This document shows, piece after piece, positions 31,477 to 40,407 of a stretch of 53,598 nucleotides of DNA. Each line of letters opens with the position of its first letter. The stretch's first letter is position 1. The position numbers and the translations under genes are program-made. The notes under the pieces were generated by a model. The model made no database searches. It saw only the letters and a list, made by a program, of their open reading frames with translations, and was not told the DNA's origin. The stretch is from Planctomycetota bacterium (GTDB lineage Bacteria > Planctomycetota > GCA-002687715 > DRQF01), in NCBI GenBank assembly GCA_036479435.1, contig JAZGFI010000093.1, positions 1-53,598 of the forward strand, in the 5' to 3' direction.

Positions 31477-33732
31477 ATGCCGCTGACACGATCGAATCCG
31501 TTTTTCGCCTTGACCCTGCTCGCATTGGGCCTCTTCGCCGCATCTTGCGCTCAGGTCCCCGGGTCCGGCACTGAAGGTGCGGTAAGCGAGAGCCGGCTGA
31601 CAGCAGAGTCCCTCCAGGCCCAGGTCAACTCTTTCGACCAAGTCTGGCAGACCGTGCGCGATCGCCACTGGGACCCCGAGCTCGGCGGCGTTGATTGGGA
31701 AGCGGCCCGAAAGGAACTTCGCCCCGAGGTTTTAAGGGTGCACTCGCAATCTGAAGCTCGTCGGGTCATGAACGAGCTTTTGGGGCGCCTCGGTCAGTCG
31801 CACTTCAACGTGTTCAAGGGCAAAAACGACCATGAGGTTTTCGCCGAAGGCGCCGAGCCGAAAACTACCGTCAATCCGGTCATTCCCGACAACAGCGCGA
31901 CTTCGATCGGTGGCGATGGCGATCCGGGCTTTGATGTCACCTGGGTGGACGGAAAAGCCTTCGTCGCCGCGCTGCGATCAGGTTCACCGGCGAGTACCGC
32001 CGGGGTGCAAGTGGGATGGGAACTCATCGAAGCCCGCGGCGTCGACTTGAAGGAGCGCGTCGAAAAGCTAGACAGCCATAGCGATCATCCCAGCGACTTG
32101 CTGATCAACTCGGTGTTGGCCGCGGCAATCGGCGGCCAACCCGGCGCCCTGTCGCCCTTTCGATTTCGCGATCGCATCGGCCACCGCAAAGACCTCAGCA
32201 TTCGGCACTTGCCGCCACGGGGCGAGCCCTTCGAGCTGACCGAAGACGCAGTCTTGCGGATTTGGTGGAGCAAGCGACAGCTTTCCAACGGAGTGGGCTA
32301 TATCGCCTTCAATGCCTTTGGGGCCCCCGACAAGCTCGTCAATTTCATTTCTGAGTCCATGACCGAGTTCCAAGATGCTCCGGGCATCGTCCTCGACGTT
32401 CGTGGGAATCCGGGCGGCATTGGCTCTTTGGCCTCGACAATCGCCGGATATTTCGTCGATGAGACCGGACGCAACATGGGAAAGATGCAACATCGGTCCG
32501 GCGAAATCACGTTCCCGGTTTTCCCGCGCGCAAAAGTCTACGACGGCCCGCTAGCGCTGTTGATTGACGGTGCGTCGGGTTCAACCGCGGAGATTTTCGC
32601 GGCCGGATTGAAAGATCTGGGCCGCGCCCGGCTCTTCGGAACGACGACGGCGGGGGCGGTGCTCCCGGCTCAGATCGTCACCTTGCCCAACGGCGACGGC
32701 TTCATCTTCGCGACGGCCGACTTCGTCTCGCCGAACGGTCGGCGCTTGGAGGGAGTCGGGGCCGAACCCGACGAGAAAGTCGAGCATTCGCGGGCCTCGC
32801 TCGTGGCGGGCCGCGACGCTATCTTGAATGCCGCAGCCAACTGGTTGACTTCTGATGCCGCGCGACAAGACGGAGATCGGCGGCGCCGCGAGCTCACCCT
32901 CCGCGAAGCCGCAAGAGTCGCAAAAAGCGCTTCGGACGCTCGAGCTAATGCTTCCCGCGCCACGTTGAAACCAAAAGAACCGGCGGCCAGCGCGGCAGCA
33001 GCGGCTCTACCGACTGGGGAGTCCTTGATGGAACGGTATCTTCAGGCCACCGGCGGTGCGGTCGCCTACCGCAAGATCCAATCACTGTCGATCACCGCCG
33101 AGATCTACCTCGGTCAAATGTTGGGCAAAAAACCGATCGTCTCTCAAATATCGACGGCGGGCGATGATGGCAAAGTGAGGTACCACTCGGTCTTAGATCT
33201 CGGGTCCTTTGGAAAGATCAACGAAGGCTCCGACGGCGTCACGGTCTGGGAGTCAAGCGCCATCATGGGCAACCGCATCGTTGAAGGGAGCGAACGCGCT
33301 ACCAAGCTTCGCAGCGCCAACCCGCTGGCCCTTGCCGATTGGAGGCGGCATTTTCGTTCGGTCGAGACGGTGGCTGAGGAACAGGTTGCAGGAAAAGACT
33401 GCTGGAAGCTAACCGTGACGCCGATCGATGAGGACCCTGAGATTTGGTGGATCGACCAGGCAACTGACTTATTGCTCCGCTCCCAAACCACCTCAGATTC
33501 TCCGATGGGTCGCATCACTTTGACGGCCGACAACGAGGACTACCGCAGTGTCGATGGCATCCTGATTCCTCACCGCGTGAAGGTCTCTGGCGGCCCCGAG
33601 GCCCAGGTGATCGAGCTCAAGGCATTCGAGGTCAACCCGGTCTTTGAATCGAGCGTTTTCGAGTTGCCTCAGGTCATCAAGGACCTTCGCGCCAAGGCCA
33701 AGTCTGAGCAGCCCCTGAAGAAGGGCGCTTGA
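31477..33732 (+). CDS. Lipoprotein S41 peptidase with PDZ-like region and C-terminal LolA-like/DUF620-like domain
   Basis: Lipobox LFAASC; LDVRGNPGG; SGSTAEIF; LEGVGAEPD; Ala-rich linker followed by a MERYLQATGG...DYRSVDGILIPH domain. Confidence 0.82.
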   Translation: MPLTRSNPFFALTLLALGLFAASCAQVPGSGTEGAVSESRLTAESLQAQVNSFDQVWQTVRDRHWDPELGGVDWEAARKELRPEVLRVHSQSEARRVMNELLGRLGQSHFNVFKGKNDHEVFAEGAEPKTTVNPVIPDNSATSIGGDGDPGFDVTWVDGKAFVAALRSGSPASTAGVQVGWELIEARGVDLKERVEKLDSHSDHPSDLLINSVLAAAIGGQPGALSPFRFRDRIGHRKDLSIRHLPPRGEPFELTEDAVLRIWWSKRQLSNGVGYIAFNAFGAPDKLVNFISESMTEFQDAPGIVLDVRGNPGGIGSLASTIAGYFVDETGRNMGKMQHRSGEITFPVFPRAKVYDGPLALLIDGASGSTAEIFAAGLKDLGRARLFGTTTAGAVLPAQIVTLPNGDGFIFATADFVSPNGRRLEGVGAEPDEKVEHSRASLVAGRDAILNAAANWLTSDAARQDGDRRRRELTLREAARVAKSASDARANASRATLKPKEPAASAAAAALPTGESLMERYLQATGGAVAYRKIQSLSITAEIYLGQMLGKKPIVSQISTAGDDGKVRYHSVLDLGSFGKINEGSDGVTVWESSAIMGNRIVEGSERATKLRSANPLALADWRRHFRSVETVAEEQVAGKDCWKLTVTPIDEDPEIWWIDQATDLLLRSQTTSDSPMGRITLTADNEDYRSVDGILIPHRVKVSGGPEAQVIELKAFEVNPVFESSVFELPQVIKDLRAKAKSEQPLKKGA

Positions 33733-33983
33733 ACTTCGAAAAAGAGGTCAAAACTGCCATCTAATTCGAAGATCTAACTCTTTATGAAAAAGTGACTTAG
33801 ATGACATGCCCTTTTGTTTAAGGGCAGACCTTGACAATTTGCAGAGAGCAGACCTGCTTGTCTCTAAACCCGACGAGCAGGTTTTTTCGATCCGGGACGT
33901 TAACCCGGCAACTCGAAGCGCCCTCAGCGAGAGCCGCTTCGAAGTCCAAGCCCCATGAATTCGCAGTGAGCAGAGCCAGTACG

Positions 33984-36077
33984 ATGGCGATGATTGACGT
34001 AACAAAGCTTCGCAATATCGGGATCAGTGCCCACATTGACTCGGGCAAAACGACCCTGACGGAGCGCATCCTTTTCTACACCGGCCTCATCCACACTATC
34101 CACGAAGTTCGTGGCAAAGACGGCGTCGGTGCCACCATGGACTCGATGGACCTGGAGCGCGAGCGTGGCATCACGATCGCGTCCGCGGCAACCCACGTCG
34201 AATGGGATGGCTACGAGGTCAACATCATCGACACGCCTGGGCACGTCGACTTCACGATCGAAGTCGAACGCTCCTTGCGGGTGCTGGACGGTGCCATCTT
34301 GGTGCTGTGTGGCGTGGCCGGAGTCCAAAGTCAGTCGATCACCGTCGACCGTCAGATGCGCCGTTACAACGTGCCGCGCCTGGCTTTCGTCAACAAGTGT
34401 GACCGGGTGGGTGCAAACCCGATGCGCATCGCCGATCAGCTCCGCGAAAAACTGCGTTTGAACGCCGTCGCGATGCAGATTCCCATCGGGCTCGAGAATG
34501 ACCATGAGGGTGCCGTCGACCTAGTGACGATGAAGGCCATGTACTTCGACGGCGACAACGGCGAAGACATCCGCATCGAGGCGATCCCCGATCACCTCTT
34601 GGACGAAGCCGAAACACGCCGTGAAGTCATGTTGGAAGAACTCTCCAACTTCGACGACGAGTTGATGGAACTCGTTCTTGATGGCGGTGACATCAAAGAA
34701 GAGATGATCCACCGCGCAGTGCGAAAAGGCGTCTTGGACCTCGCCCTGTGCCCGGTATACATGGGCTCAGCCTACAAGAACAAGGGCATCCAACCGCTGC
34801 TCGACGCCGTCATGGCCTACCTTCCGGCTCCTGACGACATCAAGACCGAAGCCTTAGACCCTGAAGATGAAACCACTGGCGTCCCGATCACTTACGAAGC
34901 CGACGCCCCGGTTCTTTCCTACGCGTTCAAGCTGGAAGACGGCGCCTACGGCCAGTTGACTTACTTGCGCGTCTACCAGGGCCAGATCAACAAGGGCGAC
35001 ACCCTGATCAACGCCCGTACGCGCAAAAAGCAAAAGATCGGCCGATTGGTTCGCATGCACTCCGCCAACATGGAAGACATCAAGAGCGCACAGGCTGGCG
35101 ATATCATTGCAATCTTTGGCGTCGATTGCGCCTCGGGTGACACCTTCCGATCGGATAACACCGAACTGACGCTCACCGCCATGCATGTCCCGGAGCCGGT
35201 CATCCACCTCGCGGTGACCTGCAAAGACCGCAAGGCCGAGACCAACATGTCGAAAGCGCTCCAGCGCTTCTCGAAGGAAGACCCGACCTTCCGCGTCCAC
35301 GTCGACCCCAAGAGTTCCGAGACCATTATCTCGGGCATGGGCGAGCTTCACCTCGAAGTTTATGTCGAGCGCATGAAACGCGAGTTTCAAGCCGAGGTCG
35401 AAGTCGGCGCTCCGAAGGTCGCCTTCCGCGAGTGCATGACGCAGGAAGTGAAGTTCGACTACACCCACAAGAAGCAAACCGGTGGGTCCGGCCAGTACGG
35501 ACGCATCATCGGCATGATGGGACCGAACGAAGGCGGCGTCTTCGAAATGGAAAACAAGATCACCGGCGGCAACATTCCTCGGGAATACATCCCAGCGGTA
35601 GAAAAGGGAATGCGCTCGATGCTCGAAACCGGAACGCTCATTGGCGCCCCGGTCGATGGCCTCAAGGTTTACTTGAGGGACGGTGCCTTCCACGCCGTCG
35701 ACTCTTCGGATCAAGCTTTCCAATCCGCGGCTCGCGGCTGTTTCAGAGAGTATTACCCCAAGGGCAAGCCTCATGTGCTCGAGCCGGTCATGAACGTCGT
35801 GATCGAAGGCCCGTCCGAGTTCCAAGGTGAAATCGTCGGCACGATCCTCCAGCGAAGAGGTATCCTGGTAGGCACCACCGAAGACACTGGCTTCGTTCGC
35901 ATCGAAGCCGAAGTGCCTCTTTCCGAGATGTTTGGTTACGCGACAGATCTTCGCTCGGCGACCCAGGGCAAAGCTGAATTCTCGATGGAGTTCCACCGTT
36001 ACGCCGCGGTTCCCAGAGATATTCAGGAAGAGCTGATCAAGGCTTACCAGGCCGAACGTGCCGCGGGCAACAAGTAA
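33984..36077 (+). CDS. fusA: Elongation factor G (mtEFG1/spdEFG1-like)
   Basis: [61 protein letters not shown]. Start set at ATG 33984 (33990 is an alternative). Confidence 0.97.
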   Translation: MAMIDVTKLRNIGISAHIDSGKTTLTERILFYTGLIHTIHEVRGKDGVGATMDSMDLERERGITIASAATHVEWDGYEVNIIDTPGHVDFTIEVERSLRVLDGAILVLCGVAGVQSQSITVDRQMRRYNVPRLAFVNKCDRVGANPMRIADQLREKLRLNAVAMQIPIGLENDHEGAVDLVTMKAMYFDGDNGEDIRIEAIPDHLLDEAETRREVMLEELSNFDDELMELVLDGGDIKEEMIHRAVRKGVLDLALCPVYMGSAYKNKGIQPLLDAVMAYLPAPDDIKTEALDPEDETTGVPITYEADAPVLSYAFKLEDGAYGQLTYLRVYQGQINKGDTLINARTRKKQKIGRLVRMHSANMEDIKSAQAGDIIAIFGVDCASGDTFRSDNTELTLTAMHVPEPVIHLAVTCKDRKAETNMSKALQRFSKEDPTFRVHVDPKSSETIISGMGELHLEVYVERMKREFQAEVEVGAPKVAFRECMTQEVKFDYTHKKQTGGSGQYGRIIGMMGPNEGGVFEMENKITGGNIPREYIPAVEKGMRSMLETGTLIGAPVDGLKVYLRDGAFHAVDSSDQAFQSAARGCFREYYPKGKPHVLEPVMNVVIEGPSEFQGEIVGTILQRRGILVGTTEDTGFVRIEAEVPLSEMFGYATDLRSATQGKAEFSMEFHRYAAVPRDIQEELIKAYQAERAAGNK

Positions 36078-36088
36078 GGAATCCAATC

Positions 36089-36781
36089 ATGAACGTTAGC
36101 GATGCAAACCGCCCCCTGCGCGTCTTCGAGAAAGCCCTGAACGGCGGACTTGGCGAAGGCAACATTGGGGTCCTGATGAGCCGGACCGGCACGGGCAAAC
36201 TCGCAGTGATGACGTCGATTGCCATCGACCACGCCCTCGGGGGCCAACAGACCTTGCACGTCGCCCTCAATGAGAGCATCTCCGATGTTCGGGCCTACGA
36301 CGACGAAGTGCTGCACGAGATGCTCGAACGCCTCGGCGTCGAGGATCGCGCCAAAGTTGCCACCGAAGTCGAACGCAACAAGCAGATTTACACTTACACC
36401 GACGGTAACTTCACCGCGACCCGCATGCGCACGACCTTGGACTTGCTCAAAGAGCACGCCCAATTCCGACCGCGCCTCATCGAAATCCAAAACTGGCCGG
36501 ATTTCCAATCGGTCACCATGGACGAGATGAGCCGACTCAAGAACATTGCTCAAGAGTACAAGTGCGAGATTTGGTTGACCGCAACCAGCCACGACGACAA
36601 CGCGCCCGGCCAGATCCCGGACTACATCTCTCGCTTCGACGAGTTCTTCTCGGTCCTCGTGTCCCTCGAACCCGAATCCAAGCACGTGAACCTCAACATC
36701 TTGAAGTCACACGACGCCACCCCGCCCGCCGACACGCACCTCGAGTTCGACCCCAAGTCGATGCTGATCCGCTGGCGCTAA
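36089..36781 (+). CDS. RecA/DnaB/KaiC-fold P-loop protein with degenerate Walker motifs
   Basis: LNGGLGEGNIGVLMSRTGTGKL matches the RecA-fold N-terminus; SD AAGGA; starts 11 bp after the fusA stop. Confidence 0.7.
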   Translation: MNVSDANRPLRVFEKALNGGLGEGNIGVLMSRTGTGKLAVMTSIAIDHALGGQQTLHVALNESISDVRAYDDEVLHEMLERLGVEDRAKVATEVERNKQIYTYTDGNFTATRMRTTLDLLKEHAQFRPRLIEIQNWPDFQSVTMDEMSRLKNIAQEYKCEIWLTATSHDDNAPGQIPDYISRFDEFFSVLVSLEPESKHVNLNILKSHDATPPADTHLEFDPKSMLIRWR

Positions 36782-36807
36782 AAACCAAGCTCCACCAAGC
36801 CAAACCG

Positions 36808-36848
36808 AAGAAAGCCGGTGCCCCCAAAGGTCACCGGCTTTCTTTTTT
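36808..36848 (+). terminator. Intrinsic terminator closing the fusA-ATPase operon (possibly bidirectional)
   Basis: Stem AAGAAAGCCGGTG / CACCGGCTTTCTT plus a T run, between convergent genes. Confidence 0.85.
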
Positions 36849-36889
36849 GGGTTGAAGGCTTGCGAGAGGCTGCGGGGAGGCCTTGCTGG

Positions 36890-38113
36890 CTAGTGCATTC
36901 TGGAGAGAGCCTTGGCGAGGGTGGTGATGGCTTGAGAAGTCATGGCTCCGAAGGAGAAGCGGACGGCGCCGGGGATGCCGAAAGCGGAGCCGGGGATGCA
37001 GCTGAAGAGGCCGGATTCGAGGGCTTGGTCGGCGAAGGCGACGTCGTCGCCTCGCCACCATGCGGGCAGCTTGGCCACTAAGAAGATGGTGCCCTGGGGC
37101 TCGTGGTCGGGACGACCGCAGAGGCCGAAGCCCTGGGCCGATAGCACAGACAATAAGGCGGCTCGGCGGCGCGCCATCTCGGCGCGAATATCCAACATCA
37201 TTTGGGGCTCACGCCCCGCTCTTAGATCTAGGAGGCCCGCTTCGAGGTATGCCAGGAGGCGCTGCTGACCCAAGACGTTCGGAGAACCCGTACTGCCTCG
37301 AACGAGTTTCGGCAGAACCACGTTGCTGAGTTCGGGATAGGCGCTAATCGCAAAACCGACGCGCGCGCCCGGGATCAAGTACTCCTTCGAAGCCGAGCTG
37401 ACGACGACCGTGCGTTCGGGCGCGTAAGCCAACAGGGTGCGAGGAGGCTTGGCGTCGTAACGCAAACGATTGTAGACCTCATCCGCGATCACGATGAGAT
37501 CGTGCTCGCGGAGAAAAGCGGCGAGTTCGCGATACTCAGTATCTTCGAGAACCGCTCCGGTGGGATTGCTCGGAAAATTGCAGACCAACAGCTCAATGCC
37601 TTGATCCTTCACCGCGCGATCAAGCCCTGCGAAGTCTAAATGCCCTTTCTCGTCAAAAAACTGAAGCATGGTCGTGCGTCCACCCGCAAGTTCGACGCCG
37701 TTATCGTAGTTCTCCCAATGCCCTAGTGGCAGCCCGACGGTCTTGCCGAGGGCAAAGCATCGAAAGAGCAAAGAGAGCCCCTCGGCGGCCCCAGTTGTGA
37801 TGGAGATGTGCTCGGCCCTCAAACCCTCGGGAAGCTGTTCTACGGCGCCTGAACTCAATCCGTAGGTCAAAAGCCAGGTCTCAGCCAAGGCGGCCCGCAG
37901 AGAGTCCAAGCCCGCGGGAGGCCCGTAGAGGACTTCCTCGTCTTCGTTCATCCCCACGATCTGCCCGATGTCGGCCCGCACCAGTTTTGGATTCGCGGCT
38001 TGGGCCGCTGCGGCTCGCTTGGAAATAGTCGGAATCGGAGAGGCTCGACGCACGACTCCTAAGACATCAGGGGCCAGGCACGCATCTAAGTCGTCAAAGG
38101 GCCCCGTCGACAT
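36890..38113 (-). CDS. Class I/II PLP-dependent aminotransferase
   Basis: NFPSNPTG, IADEVY, SASKEYLIPGARVG (PLP Lys). Start set at ATG 38113 because the longer ORF runs through a terminator. Confidence 0.88.
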   Translation of the reverse strand: MSTGPFDDLDACLAPDVLGVVRRASPIPTISKRAAAAQAANPKLVRADIGQIVGMNEDEEVLYGPPAGLDSLRAALAETWLLTYGLSSGAVEQLPEGLRAEHISITTGAAEGLSLLFRCFALGKTVGLPLGHWENYDNGVELAGGRTTMLQFFDEKGHLDFAGLDRAVKDQGIELLVCNFPSNPTGAVLEDTEYRELAAFLREHDLIVIADEVYNRLRYDAKPPRTLLAYAPERTVVVSSASKEYLIPGARVGFAISAYPELSNVVLPKLVRGSTGSPNVLGQQRLLAYLEAGLLDLRAGREPQMMLDIRAEMARRRAALLSVLSAQGFGLCGRPDHEPQGTIFLVAKLPAWWRGDDVAFADQALESGLFSCIPGSAFGIPGAVRFSFGAMTSQAITTLAKALSRMH

Positions 38114-38143
38114 GATCCTGGCTCCATTCGTTTTTCTGCCTAC

Positions 38144-38172
38144 AAAAAAACCCCCGCGGAAGCCCGCGGGGG
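38144..38172 (-). terminator. Intrinsic terminator after the HExxH protein gene
   Basis: 9-bp stem CCCCCGCGG / CCGCGGGGG, 4-nt loop, 7 T on the minus strand. Confidence 0.9.
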
Positions 38173-38227
38173 CATTGTAGTTGACCAAGCGAGTTGGCGG
38201 CAGTTGAAAACCAGGTATTCAGCGTTC

Positions 38228-39952
38228 TTAGAGTGAACGCACCCAGCGCTCAAAGGACTTGTCCAACTTCTCAAGGTCGATGCCGTCGAAGGCCTTGTCG
38301 ACCGCGGTCTCGAGGATCTCTTTGATCTTTTCCTGGTCTTCCCAGTCCACGACGGTGATCCCGGCGAGTCCAGGTAAGTCACCCCCGGGGCCACTCTTGC
38401 CGTCGTCCTCGTCTTCTTTTTCCTTCTTCTTCTTTTTGAAGGACGCAACGTTTTCGCTGAGGTAGTCAAAATAGGTATCGAGGGCCGCCGACCACTTCTT
38501 GTTCTTAGTGACCTTACGCAGGTAGTACACAAAGGCCCAACCCTGCGAGTACTTCATGCCCGCGTTGTTGTAGTACTCACTTTGCGGCAGACGAATGAGA
38601 CTACGAGTCGGGATGAGGCTATTGCCATCGTCGCGCAACAAACGCTTCAGGTAGTCGGTACGCCATTCGAAGGTGCCAATGCCGACTTTGCTGCCGGAAA
38701 TCCGCGCCCCTGCAAAGTAATCGCCATGGCCTTCGTTGAACCAAGGGTGTGGAGCGAGTTCACCCACCGCGTAGTGGATGTACTGATGGAAAGCCTCGTG
38801 GTACATGACCGAACGAGTCGCGGCACGGCTTTTCTTTTTGCCCAGACCATCGAAGGAGTCAAAGAGCACCAGCTCTTCTTTTCTTGAGTTCCAGTATCCC
38901 GCCGAACCACGAGGTCCGCCGTATTGGTAATACTCGGATTGGGTGCTCAACACGCGCACGGTGCAGACCGTCGTGATCTGAACCTGCGGCGGGAACATCT
39001 TTTCGTAGACGGCCTTGCGAAGCGCTTCGATCTGCTTCGAAAGCGACTTCACGAAGCTCTTGTTCTTGCTGTTGCTGAGGAAGACGTAGTTCTTCGAGTC
39101 GATGGCATACCAGCCCGGGTTACCCTTGATCTGCGACTTTAGGGCAGCACGGCGTTTCTCAGGCGAGAGTTTCTTCAGGTCCTTGACAGCGACGGTGCGC
39201 TCGATGCGTCCCTTGGTGCCGATGAGCCTGAAAGACTTGATGCTCCTGGTGTAGATCTTCTTCCAGTTCTTTTTGTAGGCCGCTTCGGGAGCCGTGTAGA
39301 TCACGCCCCACTCAAAGCCATCGCGCTCGAACACGCCGATGCAATAGGCGGTGCGACCGCCCGTGAACTCGATCAGCTTGCCTTTGAGCTTGCCGGCCTT
39401 GATCGCCTTCGGCACGTATCGTTTCGCCGCGTTCTCGAACTGTCCCTCGAGCCATTCTTCGATGTTCTTCGGGTTCATTCTCATGCGGATTTTCTCAAGG
39501 CCGCGAAGCCTCTTCTTCTCTTCTGCCTTCCTCTTCTTTTCCGCTTCTTCCTCTTCTTTATCCTTCGCTTCGCTTTCATTGGTTGTGGTAATACCACCAC
39601 CTTTTTCGAAGCGTCGGATTTGGAGGCCGCAGCCATAGGAACTGAAGTCACCACGTTTTTGAGCGCGGGCCAAGTCGGGTGACCAACTACCGACAATCGT
39701 CTTTTGGCCGGGCTGGGCCGGAATAGAGTTCCAAGTCTTGAGGGGCCGAATACTGTAGCCGTAGGCCTTGATCTTTTGGGACTTGCCCAAGGAGGGACCA
39801 CCCATAGTCGCAGCTAGGCAGCCGTAATCAATAGGACTCGCTTCGTAACCCGCTTCGATGGCTTGCTGATTGACGCCTTGCACGCCAAAGGCGGCCGCTA
39901 TCAATAAGGTCGCCGTAAACAGGAGTACCCGTCGTTTGTTTTTGGCTGTCAT
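38228..39952 (-). CDS. Secreted putative zinc metallopeptidase (DUF1570-like gluzincin)
   Basis: Signal peptide; HEAFHQY...PWFNEG (HExxH plus downstream Glu); YSQGWAFVYYL; K/E-rich linkers. Confidence 0.7.
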   Translation of the reverse strand: MTAKNKRRVLLFTATLLIAAAFGVQGVNQQAIEAGYEASPIDYGCLAATMGGPSLGKSQKIKAYGYSIRPLKTWNSIPAQPGQKTIVGSWSPDLARAQKRGDFSSYGCGLQIRRFEKGGGITTTNESEAKDKEEEEAEKKRKAEEKKRLRGLEKIRMRMNPKNIEEWLEGQFENAAKRYVPKAIKAGKLKGKLIEFTGGRTAYCIGVFERDGFEWGVIYTAPEAAYKKNWKKIYTRSIKSFRLIGTKGRIERTVAVKDLKKLSPEKRRAALKSQIKGNPGWYAIDSKNYVFLSNSKNKSFVKSLSKQIEALRKAVYEKMFPPQVQITTVCTVRVLSTQSEYYQYGGPRGSAGYWNSRKEELVLFDSFDGLGKKKSRAATRSVMYHEAFHQYIHYAVGELAPHPWFNEGHGDYFAGARISGSKVGIGTFEWRTDYLKRLLRDDGNSLIPTRSLIRLPQSEYYNNAGMKYSQGWAFVYYLRKVTKNKKWSAALDTYFDYLSENVASFKKKKKEKEDEDDGKSGPGGDLPGLAGITVVDWEDQEKIKEILETAVDKAFDGIDLEKLDKSFERWVRSL

Positions 39953-40407
39953 GATCTTTCCTTCTCTCTACGCTTTTGTCTTTGTTGTCCGCACTCTCTT
40001 CGCCCGCCCCTCACCTTGCTGATGTGCAGGAGCTTCTTGGCACCTTGGCCCGGCCCTCCGGCCCCAAAACGAAGAGCATTTATTGTCTGGCCTGCGCTCC
40101 CAGAATGGAACGATGCGACGCCGCAATGGAGACGCTTGAGGTGTCTCTTGTGTTCAATAATTCTCAGGTTTTTTCGGCGCTTCGAGGCCTTACTACCACG
40201 CCGACCGCCCATTGGGACAGACCGCAAGATCGAAGCCGCGAATATGCCCATGGCGAGCCGATCAAAAACCAGGAAAAACGCCGCTCACTTAGCGTGGATT
40301 GTGCCCACGACGGGAGACCAAGTCGAGAACAATAATGGCCCCCCGAGAATATGTCCGTTAGGGCCGGGAGGCGCATTTTCGCACCATCCGTGAGATATCG
40401 CCAAGAA

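Noticed and set aside
34854..36086. 410-aa minus-strand ORF
   Set aside because: Antisense shadow of fusA.
38114..38188. N-terminal extension of the aminotransferase in the ORF track
   Set aside because: It runs through an intrinsic terminator, so ATG 38113 is preferred. Over-long starts were trimmed similarly for dusB, both S9 genes, SCO, ggt, fusA and parE.
39949..40393. Short overlapping ORFs in the intergenic gap
   Set aside because: No SD, no typical codon bias and no motifs; the ORFs overlap one another on both strands.
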